NCBI GenBank assembly: GCA_934090935.1
Contig: CAKOKD010000003.1
Location: forward strand, 92,604-156,603
Reading direction: 5' to 3'
Length of the DNA: 64,000 nt
Source of the DNA: an uncultured Bacilli bacterium
GTDB taxonomy: Bacteria; Bacillota_I; Bacilli_A; RF39; UBA660
A program made the translations under genes and the position numbers. This document shows positions 37,246 through 49,200 of the stretch, one piece after another. Under the pieces are notes generated by a model. The model did no database searches and had not been told where the DNA came from. It saw nothing but the letters and a program-made list of their open reading frames with translations. Position 1 is the stretch's first letter. The number at the start of each line of letters is the position of its first letter.

Positions 37246-37965
37246 TTATTTTTGAATTAAATTTTTATTATAATGGTTAAGTAAATAATCATATAATCTT
37301 GGGCATATATTTTCTAAATCAAGTGTTGAATTCTTTATTGTGTAATCAAAGATAGCATTTAATTTATACGAATTGTCTAAATAACATAGTTTTATTTTAT
37401 CACTGCTGATGATATGATTAGATAAGCAATGCATATTCCACTTATCCATATAATTATTATCAAGTGAAGAATATTTTTTAGAGTAACCCATTAATTCTAA
37501 ATGTCTTTTTTTATAGTTTTTTGATTTTATTTCATCTATATCATTATATTGAAAATCGATATTTTCTTTTAAATCCAATTTAAGTAAAACCGACTCATTT
37601 ATTATTTTATCAAAGACTTTGTATGCTCTTTTTCGATGAACTTTTGTTTCCTTTAATACTCCAAAATATACATCTGCAATAATTTGTGGAAACCATTTTT
37701 GTTTTAAAAGACGCGCGCCTAAAGCGTAAATAAAGGTTATTCTTGGAATGTAATAATAACAATTTATCCAACAATCAAATAGAATCAATAAATTGTCTAA
37801 TCCTTCAACAAAGAAAACTTTTTCCGATTTTTCTATAAATCTAGCATTCTTTCCGATTTTTGGGATGAGACCATTTTGTTTAATCGATTGTAAATTTTTG
37901 CTTGAAGTAAAATGAAAATAATTATGTTTTATATCATCAATTGTTATCTTATATTCTTCTGGCAT
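37246..37965 (-). CDS. hypothetical protein with N-terminal HxT...GLIP motif (ART-fold, DarT/Tpt1-like?)
   Basis: HNYFHFTSSKNLQSIKQNGLIPK resembles the YHFTHxxNLxSILxxGLL (DarT) and YHGTxxxxLxxIxxxGL (Tpt1/KptA) motifs. 239 aa. Weak. Confidence 0.35.
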   Translation of the reverse strand: MPEEYKITIDDIKHNYFHFTSSKNLQSIKQNGLIPKIGKNARFIEKSEKVFFVEGLDNLLILFDCWINCYYYIPRITFIYALGARLLKQKWFPQIIADVYFGVLKETKVHRKRAYKVFDKIINESVLLKLDLKENIDFQYNDIDEIKSKNYKKRHLELMGYSKKYSSLDNNYMDKWNMHCLSNHIISSDKIKLCYLDNSYKLNAIFDYTIKNSTLDLENICPRLYDYLLNHYNKNLIQK

Positions 37966-38232
37966 TATGAACTTCCCTCACTAATAAATTTATTATTTCT
38001 AAAAGAATTTTACCATAAAATCAAACTTATTAAAACTTAAAACGAAGTTGAATTTCATATCTTTAACTTTTTACAACATATATCTAGTATAATGAAATTT
38101 ATAAAAATTAAAAAAATGATATAAAGCATTAAAGCCCGATATCATCATCTTATGTTAATCAAATTTTTTGAATTATTAAAATACCAATAATATTTTATGA
38201 TTTTAACTACTTAATTATCAATTTCTTAAAAA

Positions 38233-38547
38233 TCACATATGTTTTCTTGATGAAACCATTTTATCAGGAATATAATCTTGAACAAATGAAAGTGCTTGAT
38301 CAGCTGAATTAACAACAGCAGATGAAGTATGTCCAAGCCTATCTTGATATTGAACAGTGACGTGATCAGTGGCACTTAAACCAGATTGCTTTGATATAAA
38401 ATCAAATGTTAAACTACAATCTTCTGAGTAAACGATAACTCTTTTACACCCTGGAGCTAAATCTTGTTCTCTACAACTGGATAATCCATTTGTAAGTCCT
38501 TCATATATTTCATTTAAATTTGTGTTAGTTTCAACACTCATATTCAT
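38233..38547 (-). CDS. small soluble hypothetical protein (104 aa), compositionally foreign (about 40% GC), driven by a poly-G promoter copy
   Basis: MNMSVETNTNLNEIYEGLTNGLSSCREQDLAPGCKRVIVYSEDC... No signal peptide. GAGAGG RBS. Confidence 0.45.
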   Translation of the reverse strand: MNMSVETNTNLNEIYEGLTNGLSSCREQDLAPGCKRVIVYSEDCSLTFDFISKQSGLSATDHVTVQYQDRLGHTSSAVVNSADQALSFVQDYIPDKMVSSRKHM

Positions 38548-38573
38548 AATATATTTACCTCTCTTTCTCCCTT

Positions 38574-38601
38574 ATTTTATAATACCCCCCCCGATTTTCA
38601 A
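38574..38601 (-). promoter_or_regulatory. phase-variable-type promoter copy: -35 TTGAAA (38596..38601), G8 (38585..38592), -10 TAAAAT (38574..38579)
   Basis: Same element. Here it is upstream of a non-paralog cargo gene. Confidence 0.55.
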
Positions 38602-38747
38602 GTCATTTTGGATGATTTACATTTTGTTGTCAATCCATGATTGTAAATTTAAAGGAGATAACTAAAAGAAATAAATAAACTATAAAAGATACTTTCTAGA
38701 ATAAATAATAATTATTTATATTTAATTGAATATATTCCTATCATTTT

Positions 38748-39338
38748 TTAGATGGTATGGCCATAATCTTTGATCATACTTCTTTTCAAATTTATTGCGT
38801 CTGCTGTTTGCTTATTTTTTATTTGATTGTTTAAGTCACTTTGTTCCAGATTATATAACCTTTCTTTAGCGCTAAATAAAGTATAGGCATCACGAATACT
38901 TAATTCTGTGTAGCAGCCATCTTTGGATGCTATATATCTTTTTAAATCATCTACTGTTCTAAGCTCATCTAAAATTAAAGAAACTTCATTCTTTACTTCT
39001 TCTGAAATCATGCTGTTTACTAAACTTTTTAAGGAAGTACTACGCATAAAAATGACCACTCTATCATGTTCCTCTTGAGTACATTCTCTATTTTTATATT
39101 TAATTAATAATTTAGATAATTCCATTCTTTCTCTTATTTTTAAATATTCTTGTATCTTATCAGTTTGCATTAAACTAAGTGGAGTTTGATTAAGTTCATT
39201 TATATAGTTAATTTCTTCCTCAGAAAAAATGCTAGTAAATTTTATCCATATTTCTAAGGCATTGCTAATATTTGGGTATGAATCACATATAACAGGATAT
39301 GATAAAGTTACACTTTTAGGTATTATAATTTTACTCAT
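38748..39338 (-). CDS. hypothetical protein
   Basis: 196-aa ORF, no motif. Confidence 0.4.
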   Translation of the reverse strand: MSKIIIPKSVTLSYPVICDSYPNISNALEIWIKFTSIFSEEEINYINELNQTPLSLMQTDKIQEYLKIRERMELSKLLIKYKNRECTQEEHDRVVIFMRSTSLKSLVNSMISEEVKNEVSLILDELRTVDDLKRYIASKDGCYTELSIRDAYTLFSAKERLYNLEQSDLNNQIKNKQTADAINLKRSMIKDYGHTI

Positions 39339-39783
39339 TGGTAAACCTCCTATATTTTATTTTTTTCTCGATAATTAATTGTTGATTATTCTATGTATGC
39401 GATGACTTGGATAAATAATCTCTTAACATTTTCAAAAACCACTTCATAATTTATGAGGTAAAAAATCAATAAATTATCACTTTCATCTACAAAGATTATA
39501 TCAATTTTTTAAATAAAAAAAAGTCTTAGAAAAATAATTCAAGACTTTTTTAAGAAAGCTGTCTTATAATAAATCAATTAGCTTTGTATCATGCATTTAT
39601 GGTGCCTGTGAAGAAGAAGTCGAATAACTTTTCCTACAAACAATTAATAGGTAGCAATAACTTACTAACTAATATAAGTATATCACAATATTTAGCATTT
39701 TTAACAAAAAAATTGATAACATAGTATTTCAAATAATAGAATTTATAAAAAAGATGATATAATTAAAAAGGAAGTGATTAATT

Positions 39784-40704
39784 ATGCAAGAAATTATTAA
39801 TAAAATAATACAACAAAATCAAAATTTATTTAGAGAAAATTCAACAGTAAGTAAAATTAATGTTGGATTTACCAATACTTTATATAGTGTTAATGATTCT
39901 TTTATTATCAAAATATGTACTGATTTAAATAATGAACCTAAATTCAATAAAGAAATAGAATTTTATAATGCAAATAACAATAATGATTTAATACCAAAGT
40001 TATATTATGCTAACACTGATAAAGCTGATATTCCATTTTTCTATGAAATATTAGAAAAAATTAATGGAGTTTCATTATATGATGTTTGGCATACTTTTAA
40101 CGAAGAACAACGAGAAGACATTATTAAACAATTATGTGAAGCAATGAAACAATTTCATAGTAATAAAGGGCAAAGTTATGATTGGGTAAAAAGAACTAGC
40201 TATTTATTTATAAATTCGTATAACAAAGCAAAAGAATTGAATTTACTTACTAGCGAGGAACAAGAATTGTTAGAAAGTGCTTATTCAAAATTTGATGGAT
40301 ACTTACAATCTGATGAATTTGTTTTAATCCATAATGATTTGCACTTTGATAATGTATTTTATGATAATGGAAAAATAAAATTAATTGATTTTGAAAGATC
40401 AATATATGCACCAAGAGATTTTGAATTAGATATTCTTTATAGAATGATCAGAAAACCTTGGAAGTTTGCAAGTGAAGAAAATGAGCGATATACAAAACTA
40501 GAAGATTATGAAAATATAATGTCTTATATTGAAAAATATTATCCAGAATTAATACATATTGATAATTTATATCAAAGACTTGCAATATATGATATTGTTT
40601 ATTTCTTGAAACAATATGTTAATGCACCACAATATGATGAATTAAAACAAGATGTATTAAATGCAGCCAAGATTGTTGTAGGAAATCAAAAAGTAAAATT
40701 ATAG
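39784..40704 (+). CDS. aminoglycoside/choline-kinase (APH) family phosphotransferase
   Basis: Brenner motif HNDLHFDNVFYDNGKIKLIDFE (catalytic HxDxxxxN ... D). 306 aa. Confidence 0.65.
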   Translation: MQEIINKIIQQNQNLFRENSTVSKINVGFTNTLYSVNDSFIIKICTDLNNEPKFNKEIEFYNANNNNDLIPKLYYANTDKADIPFFYEILEKINGVSLYDVWHTFNEEQREDIIKQLCEAMKQFHSNKGQSYDWVKRTSYLFINSYNKAKELNLLTSEEQELLESAYSKFDGYLQSDEFVLIHNDLHFDNVFYDNGKIKLIDFERSIYAPRDFELDILYRMIRKPWKFASEENERYTKLEDYENIMSYIEKYYPELIHIDNLYQRLAIYDIVYFLKQYVNAPQYDELKQDVLNAAKIVVGNQKVKL

Positions 40705-40717
40705 GAAGTGATGATTA

Positions 40718-41245
40718 ATGGATAGTTTTGTATGTAAAATTGCTACTCGAGATGAAATTATAAAAAGAATGAACTATTTAATAGAAACTCATCCTAACAA
40801 TAATGTATGGATAGAGGCAAAAGAAAATGCTCTTAAAGGATTTGATGAACAAAGTAAAATAATGTATATAGGCGTTCTTAATGATGAAATAATTTGTGAA
40901 GCAACCACTTATATAAAAGAATCCGCATTCATAGGAGATGTAAAAGAACCAGAAGGCTTATTAAGTAAAACTATGGCATATTTTAGTGGTTTTAGAACAA
41001 ATAAAGAGTACGAAGGTAAAGGTTATTTTGGTAAATTGTATAACTTTATGGAAGATGATTTAAAAAAAAGAGGATATACTGAATTTTGTTTAGGGGTTAA
41101 ACCTCGTAATGTTAGAAATATGGAAATATACTTTCATTTAGGATTTAGAGAATTTATTAAATCAATTATTGAATATGAACCAGTAAAAAATAACAAATCT
41201 AAAACAGAATTAGTGGTTATAAACTATTTTAAAAAGAAGATATAG
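40718..41245 (+). CDS. GNAT-family N-acetyltransferase (putative)
   Basis: 175 aa. EYEGKGYFGKL (motif A, Q/RxxGxG/A-like). Immediately downstream of the APH-family gene. Confidence 0.5.
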   Translation: MDSFVCKIATRDEIIKRMNYLIETHPNNNVWIEAKENALKGFDEQSKIMYIGVLNDEIICEATTYIKESAFIGDVKEPEGLLSKTMAYFSGFRTNKEYEGKGYFGKLYNFMEDDLKKRGYTEFCLGVKPRNVRNMEIYFHLGFREFIKSIIEYEPVKNNKSKTELVVINYFKKKI

Positions 41246-41529
41246 CAAAATAAAAATCGTGGCACGTTATGAACTTACAAAGTAATTTTGTAAGTGGCGA
41301 TAGATTTTTATAATTTATTTTCATTACGAAGTTTTGAAAATAAACAATTGCAATTTATTACAATTCAAAAAAACATAATTTGCTTGAACGAATTGTTCTT
41401 GCTTAATTATGTTTTAGGGTTTCAAAAGGGAATATTCCCTTTGCACACACCTATTGGCTCTGCCAATAGAGAAGTGTGTTTTATCTATTGGAAATAAATA
41501 TTACTGACAAGCGAATGCTTGTCTTTTTA

Positions 41530-42357
<828 letters not shown>

Positions 42358-42557
42358 TCAAAAATACTAGTAGTTCAAACTAATACTCTTGACTCCTCAA
42401 TAATACTAATATAATAAGTTTTTAAATGTTTTCGTTTACTTTTAACCATAGAAGTACCTCGCTTTCTAATAAAAGACTAGATACTGCTTGCTTTTATTGG
42501 TTTACTATATTATACTTTTATCTTTGATTTGTCAATTCCTTATTTAGGGAATGAATA

Positions 42558-42875
42558 TTAGTTTGATTTAATATATTCTAATAAATCTTTAAACTTAATC
42601 TTTTTATCATGGCCATTAATATAAATATCATCACATTCATCAAACATTAAATAATCAATTTTATTAATAGTTATTATGTGGGGTTTTACATAAGCAATAT
42701 TTGTTCCTTTAATATTTCTAATATTACCATTTTTGTATGTCGGTTTAGCATAAGCAAACTTACATATCATATCGACTTTCTTTCTTAATTCCTCACTTAT
42801 ATTTAATTCTTTAGTTTCTATTGTTAACATATAATCACTCTCACTTTCTTTCTTAAATAACAAAAAAACTAACAT
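42558..42875 (-). CDS. hypothetical protein
   Basis: 105-aa ORF between the recombinase remnant and the tRNA. Confidence 0.3.
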   Translation of the reverse strand: MLVFLLFKKESESDYMLTIETKELNISEELRKKVDMICKFAYAKPTYKNGNIRNIKGTNIAYVKPHIITINKIDYLMFDECDDIYINGHDKKIKFKDLLEYIKSN

Positions 42876-42931
42876 TTCTGTTAGTAATTTATTACTCTCG
42901 AAACTTTAAAAGTTCGAGTTTCCTATCAATA

Positions 42932-43006
42932 TGGTGTCCTAGATGAGAATCGAACTCATATCTAAGCTTTAGGAGAGCCTTGTACTATCCATTGTACTAC
43001 CAGGAC
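42932..43006 (-). tRNA. tRNA-Arg (anticodon CCU), CCA-encoded
   Basis: Reverse complement GTCCTGG-TA-GTAC..GTAC-A-AGGCT-CTCCTAA-AGCTT-AGAT-ATGAG-TTCGATT-CTCAT-CTAGGAC-A-CCA. Cloverleaf with 7-bp acceptor stem (one G-U), TPsiC GTTCGATTC. Anticodon loop CU-CCU-AA. Confidence 0.8.
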
Positions 43007-43049
43007 GTATATTCATTATAACACAAATTCATGTAAATAAAAACAATGG

Positions 43050-43598
43050 TTATTTTCTTCCCATTGTTAATATATTAAATGCAAATATTAAAGATAAACT
43101 TATCGCAGTATTTACTCTTCCAGTTAGTTTTGTATAATTAAATTTATAACTTGCATATTCATAAATCGCAACTGCTTTGTCCACTAGAGTTAATATCCAA
43201 GATTCTTTATATCTTGGTAAAGTCATACATAAAGGAAACATATGAGCTGCAATCGCATTTTGTTCTTTTTCATTAAGATCAAATTCGCCTAAAGCATTTG
43301 TAAGTGCTATATCAGGATGAACTACACCTTGAATCAATCCATGATTGCTTCCAAATTCTTCATTGGTAAAGAAATCATGCAATATCGCGGCACGTGTTGC
43401 AGATACATAATCCATATTCATCTTTTTTGATATCTTGTAAACATGTTTAGCAACTCTCATAGAATGCATATATCTAGTTATTCCATGATGAGATTCTTGT
43501 TTTAATTTTAAAAACTTTTTATTTACAATAATATCTTTAGCTATATCATCAAAACTTAAATCAGTTTTCATTTCATCACTCCATTGTTTTGTATTCAT
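43050..43598 (-). CDS. HD-domain phosphohydrolase
   Basis: H...HD motif (ITRYMHSMRVAKH ... AAILHDFF). Confidence 0.6.
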   Translation of the reverse strand: MNTKQWSDEMKTDLSFDDIAKDIIVNKKFLKLKQESHHGITRYMHSMRVAKHVYKISKKMNMDYVSATRAAILHDFFTNEEFGSNHGLIQGVVHPDIALTNALGEFDLNEKEQNAIAAHMFPLCMTLPRYKESWILTLVDKAVAIYEYASYKFNYTKLTGRVNTAISLSLIFAFNILTMGRK

Positions 43599-43647
43599 CG
43601 CTGAACACTATATAAGTATAGCAAATAAAAGGAAAAATTTCAATTCA

Positions 43648-44391
43648 TTAGCTATGGATATAAGTAATTCCATTGTAAAGTAAATCATCGCCTTTTTTGC
43701 TAAACTTTTTATCACCTATCGTTATACTTTCGTCATCTTCTAAAAAGGTATCACTTGTAACGTTTGATGATGTGACTATATAAGCATTTTGAAATTCACT
43801 TGATGCGTTTATAAGAATAATTTCATCGGCACTTGTATAATATTTAAATTCGGAATCATCGATTATTAATTCTTCATCGTTCTTTAGTCCATTTTTAGTA
43901 AAATAATAGTCTTTTAACTCATTATCATATAATATGCTTATTTTATCACTCATTATATTATATGTTCCATAAGTTGAACTTATTAGTGAGAATGTTTGAA
44001 TATCTATCGAAACAACTAAATTATTCGTATTTGCAGGGAATAAAAACATTATTTCTTTATCATTTTTTAACTTTCTAACTCGATTTATATTGTTGATATA
44101 TGTTTTAACACTATCATCGTTTTTTAAAGTTGTTGTTGAAGTTGATGTTATCTCATCCATTTTTTTATTTATATATTTTACACCATAATATGTTAAAGAT
44201 ATAGCTACTATCAAGCATAATATTATTATCAATATTTTTAGGAAAGGATTTTTCTTTTTAACCTTTATTCGATTGTTGACATCATTCACTTTAGATTCAT
44301 CAATACTTTTATTGGCATTATTTGTTGCAACAATAATATTTTCTCTTTCTCTTGCTATAAATGACTCTTGTTCGTTATTCATGATTTTCAC
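43648..44391 (-). CDS. hypothetical single-pass membrane protein
   Basis: TM FLKILIIILCLIVAISLTYYGV. 247 aa. Confidence 0.4.
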   Translation of the reverse strand: MKIMNNEQESFIARERENIIVATNNANKSIDESKVNDVNNRIKVKKKNPFLKILIIILCLIVAISLTYYGVKYINKKMDEITSTSTTTLKNDDSVKTYINNINRVRKLKNDKEIMFLFPANTNNLVVSIDIQTFSLISSTYGTYNIMSDKISILYDNELKDYYFTKNGLKNDEELIIDDSEFKYYTSADEIILINASSEFQNAYIVTSSNVTSDTFLEDDESITIGDKKFSKKGDDLLYNGITYIHS

Positions 44392-45784
44392 TCATCTGTT
44401 CTTTATTGTTAATTACTTGTCTATTTATTCCATTAGTGTTGATTGTTTTTATTACTTTTACTTGAGGAGATGGAGTACTATTAATTAAGTTTTCTCTTTC
44501 ATTTACATTATGACTGTTTATAACTTTTGTTGGAATTACTACTCTTCTTCCCACTCCAATACTGTTTTCACCATTGATACTAGCTTGAACACTTGTATTA
44601 CGAATCAGATTTTCTCTTTTCTCATCAGCTATTTCTTTTACCACTTCATCTTTTACTTCGCCTTTTTTCTTTCTTGTAAAGAAAGCATATAAACCAAATG
44701 ATAATGAAGTCATAGAAAACAATATTATAAATATCAAACTTGTATAGTTTCTTTTTATGTTTATCGTATATTTTGTCTCTGAAAGATCTCCATAAGAAGA
44801 TGTAACAACTATTGTATTTTTTCCTTTGCTTAAAACTTGAAGACCAGCGTTTTTAACAACTACATCTTCACTTTTAGGAAGTGCCATTATATAGATTTCT
44901 TTTACATTATAAGGAACTGTTATGCTATAGCTTAATGTTTCTGGATTAAAAGTAAAATCATAGTTAACAACTTTTAAAGATGATAATTTAGTGTCTATGT
45001 CTTTATTTCCTTCTGGTTTTGTTATTACTACATTGATTGTAGCTGTTTGATCAAATTCATTTTTTAATACCAAATCAACGACGTTTTTACCGTCTGAAAG
45101 AGTTCTCTTTCCAAGACCAATGATTGTTATACCAGCTCCAGCAGTCGCGTTTATATTAACCTCTGTAGTATCTTGATTTACAGTTACATAGTATATTTCG
45201 TTTTCATAAGTTACATTAAAATCATCCACTGTTAAACTTGTTAATTTTAAAGGAGCAATATATTGAGTAGTCGTGCTTGTTACTCTTTCAGTTGCTCTTG
45301 TTTGGGTAGCTGTTGTTATCTTTTTTGTTGTCGTTGTTGTTGTTACATGATCTAGAATCTTAAAGCTTCCTGTTGCATTGTTGATACCGCTTATATTTTC
45401 AAAGTTAGAATCACTTGCTTCAATTCCTGATAAGGTGATAGATGCAGATCCAACGGATGATGTTTTTAAAGTTATTGTTCCGATAGAAAATGTACCTGTT
45501 TTCATCGTATCAGTATATAAATCGATTACTCCATTGCTTCCCTCACCTAACCAGCCTGAAGCGGTTTGAAAGCTTTCAAAAGTTGCATTAGTTACATTTA
45601 TCTTACCATGGAAACTTGAAATGTCTGTTCCACTAGATGTTCCTGTTAATGTACATTTAGTGATAGCACCTACTTCAACATTGTTACACTTTACCGATAC
45701 TCTAAATGTTCCAGCTGCAAATACTTTGAATGGTATAAATAGAGAAAGTGCAACTATAATCAATACAAAACTTTTTCCTTTCAT
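44375..45784 (-). CDS. membrane-anchored cohesin-like + cadherin-like beta-sandwich protein (scaffoldin-like anchor)
   Basis: Signal peptide. N-terminal module FRVSVKCNNVEVGAITKCTLTG...VIDLYTDTMKTGTFSIGTITLK has cohesin-like spacing. Thr-rich linker. LSSLKVVNYDFTFNPETLSYSITVPYNVKEIYI...GDLSETKYTINIKR (cadherin-like/CHB domain). C-terminal TM plus basic tail. Confidence 0.5.
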   Translation of the reverse strand: MKGKSFVLIIVALSLFIPFKVFAAGTFRVSVKCNNVEVGAITKCTLTGTSSGTDISSFHGKINVTNATFESFQTASGWLGEGSNGVIDLYTDTMKTGTFSIGTITLKTSSVGSASITLSGIEASDSNFENISGINNATGSFKILDHVTTTTTTKKITTATQTRATERVTSTTTQYIAPLKLTSLTVDDFNVTYENEIYYVTVNQDTTEVNINATAGAGITIIGLGKRTLSDGKNVVDLVLKNEFDQTATINVVITKPEGNKDIDTKLSSLKVVNYDFTFNPETLSYSITVPYNVKEIYIMALPKSEDVVVKNAGLQVLSKGKNTIVVTSSYGDLSETKYTINIKRNYTSLIFIILFSMTSLSFGLYAFFTRKKKGEVKDEVVKEIADEKRENLIRNTSVQASINGENSIGVGRRVVIPTKVINSHNVNERENLINSTPSPQVKVIKTINTNGINRQVINNKEQMSENHE

Positions 45785-46224
45785 AAACTTTTCCTCCTTT
45801 TAATTAACAAAATAACTATAAATAATATAACAATGGTAACTATGGGTATAAATATATAACAATATGTATGATTATTTTCTTTATTATATATTACTACTTC
45901 TTGAAAAGATTCATCTCCATAGCTTAAATATGTTTCTTTTAACTTGCCTTTATAGGTTATCTTTCCTATCTCAAACCTTCCTTCTTTAAACGAATCTGTA
46001 TAGAGAAGGATTGAATTAGAATCATAATCTCCTTGAAAATCATTTGATGGTTCAAAATTTATAACGTCTCCTTTTATATGATATTCAATTGCTGATACTA
46101 AGAAGTTTGAATTAGCATACATCGTACATGTGTGTTCACTTTTTTTATCCTCGCATTCATAGTCAATATTCTCTGCAAGAACAAGCGTTGGAAGAAGTGA
46201 TAACATAACAATTATCATTTTCAT
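45781..46224 (-). CDS. small membrane-anchored protein with a mini cohesin-like module
   Basis: Signal peptide. LLYTDSFKEGRFEIGKITYKGK parallels LYTDTMKTGTFSIGTITLK of the neighbour. C-terminal TM plus RRKSL. Confidence 0.4.
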   Translation of the reverse strand: MKMIIVMLSLLPTLVLAENIDYECEDKKSEHTCTMYANSNFLVSAIEYHIKGDVINFEPSNDFQGDYDSNSILLYTDSFKEGRFEIGKITYKGKLKETYLSYGDESFQEVVIYNKENNHTYCYIFIPIVTIVILFIVILLIKRRKSL

Positions 46225-49200
46225 TATATACCACTTATCCTATTCCTTACAAAACTATATAGTTTTGATACATCAGCAACTTTTATTTCATTTTGTTTTC
46301 TTATATGAGCCGATGCTAAACTGTATTTATCAAGTTCAGTTTTGCCTCTTACATAATTGTATAACATGGATACATCAAAGACATTGATTTTGCCATCCTT
46401 GTTTAAGTCTCCAATTATTACAATTGCATATGTTTCTTCACCGTTTTGTAAATACATACCTGTACCGATTTCATTTACTTTTGATGTGATATCTGAATGA
46501 TTTTTATCAAGAATCTTATAGTCAGTTACAACTCCATTTAAATTCGATAAGAACTCAGATTTAGTTAAACTTTTTTTATTCATGCTTAAGACATTTATTA
46601 TTGTTTCATCATAATTTATGCTATAAACATTTGATGTTAATCTTTGTCTAGCAGTTATTTTTATTTTTTTAACAACGTCATTATGAGTGAATACAAGTTC
46701 ACATGAACCTATACCATTTACTTTAATTCTTCCATCATCAAGCACTTTAACAATCGCTTCATCAGTTGAAGTAACAGTTACTGAATTATCAGTATGATTA
46801 CTTGGATTTAAAACGTAATTATAAGGTTTGAATTCCCCATAAAATAAAGTTAAATTATCATCAACTTCAACATTATCGATAATCACCTTTAATTCATCAA
46901 CTTTGATATATTTTTTTACAGGTGAACTTATACGCGTATATGGTAAACCATTTATACATAGATAGAAATCAAGATTTCCTTCTTTTAAAGCATTAGTTTT
47001 AAAATCTATTTTTTTGAATGTATTTCCATATAAATCTTCAGAAGTATATGATACTTTTATTTCATCAACTAAAGTAAGTGAATCGAATACTTTAATCGAA
47101 TAAACATCAGTATCCACATCATCATAAGTAGTCATAAAATAATATGTTCCCTTTGCTCCATCGATATCATATATCGAGTTATCTCCATAGTTTTTAACCG
47201 GTTCAACTTTAGAATATCCGCTTAAACTAACATTATAGTAGTTTTTCTCGATTATGAATGAAAGCATATTAGAAGCGGAATAAGATCCATCACTTTCATA
47301 GTAATATAGTTGTACACGATACTCCCCAACTCTTGCTTTAAATGGAATGATATTGATATAGTATTTTCCTTCATCCGCAATTTTATTTTCTAGATTAAAG
47401 GCATTGGTAACATTATCCTCTTTGATATCACTATAAAGAATATTATCTTCAGCGTCATAGATTCTTGCTTTGATGTTATTTAAATCATTTCCTGTTAAGA
47501 CAGTACTTACATCAAATGTATATCCCATATTTTCTTGGTCTGCATAAACAATAGAATTTAATGAAATCATATTTGATAGAATTATGCTCTTATATGAAGA
47601 ATTCATTTCATAATCAACATTTTTTGTAATGCTCTTCAGTGGATTTTCTTGATAAGTTAAACTTATGACATAATTATCAGCTTGGATAGAAGAATTCTTA
47701 TCATATTTTATTCTAATTTGATTGTCATATTTCTCAACTGTGAATTTATCAGTAACATCAACATTTTTAGATGAAGTTATCTTAACTAACATGTCAGATG
47801 CAAATAGCTCATAATCACTTTTTATAAATATTGTGAAAACACTGTCGACATTATTATGAAGTCTTCCATCCATTGCATCAGTCATAATCTCTGTTTTTTC
47901 TATTTCAAAATCTTTTACATAATTACCTATGTCAAATGTTTGAGTTTTTTCTACTCTATATCCATCCATGTCATAGTATGTTACTAATCGATAAGTTCCT
48001 GGTTCTACCGAGTTTTTAGCATATTCAACATTTAAAATAAATGATGTTAAAGAAGTACTTGAATTAGTTGAATAGATTTTAAAGTTCGAAGTAACATCAT
48101 TATCCTCAGCATCAAATATTTTAGAGTTTTTACTGAATACATGCTTGTTAGAATCTCTGTCGATATGAGATGAACTTATTTGAATATCAGGAATGTCTAC
48201 TGTGCTTATATCATACTCTATTTTTCCACCATTTTCTGCATTTGGATAAAGTGGATTTGGATCAGTTTTATATGAATCAAAATAGAAATTGAAATAAGTT
48301 TTATTTACTGTAAACGTTAAGGAATCTTTTATCGTTTTTTTGCTATTTGAATAGCTAACTTCAACCATATATTTTCCTGATTCAATTTGTTTTAGAGTTG
48401 GATCGTAATTTATCTCTAGATTATGACTTGCTACAAATTCACTTCTGTTGAAATTGAAATATGAAGTGTAGTCTCTTAAACCATCCTCAGATAAAACTTT
48501 AATTTGAATATCTTCATTACTATAATCTATTCCATATATACGAACAGGTATATATATTTTACCAACCTTGTTTGTAAACAATCCATCAGATACTTGATTA
48601 TTCGATATTTTAGAGTATATAAGTGTATTATCTTTATCAAAAATGATATCTGCATATTCATCTTGAACATCAAAAGTATATGTTTTATAATCCGAACTAT
48701 TATAATATAAAGTTAATGCATATTTTCCTTCTTCTAATTTTAAATTCGAATCCAGATTATCTTTAAGAGTTAACTTCAATTTTTGATTATCTTTAGTTGT
48801 ATTTAAATCGTTAAAACGATTATTATAGTTTGTTCCACTTGTTGGATCACATACACCATTTATGCAGTCTTTATTGATAACCCAAGATGCATTTTTTTCA
48901 TATGGAGATGAAAGAGTTACATCGATTGTTACATCATTTAAATTATTGTAGAATCCTGGTACATCAATGTAATTTCCATTATCATTATATTTGGATGTGA
49001 TAACTACGTCGCTTATCTTCCACTCGAATAGAGACTTCAATGTCTTTCCGTAATCGGTTAATTCATATTCAACATTTCTTGTAGCATAGGAAGCAAGAAG
49101 TGTATAAGTTCCTTTCATATCAACCGTATTTTGAATAAGCTCAATAATCAATTTTCCTTTGAAATCAGGACCTGTACTTAAATCCCAGTTATCTCTTATC

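Noticed and set aside
39521-39548. Orphan bidirectional hairpin AAGTCTT-N13-AAGACTT with A-run and U-run flanks
   Set aside because: Probably a simple bidirectional terminator or insulator between the minus-strand block and the plus-strand APH/GNAT operon. There is nothing to suggest an RNA gene.
41294-41497. 67-aa plus-strand ORF downstream of the GNAT gene
   Set aside because: It overlaps the perfect palindrome and inverted-repeat cluster and the operon terminator. It has no RBS. It is more likely a non-coding recombination or regulatory region.
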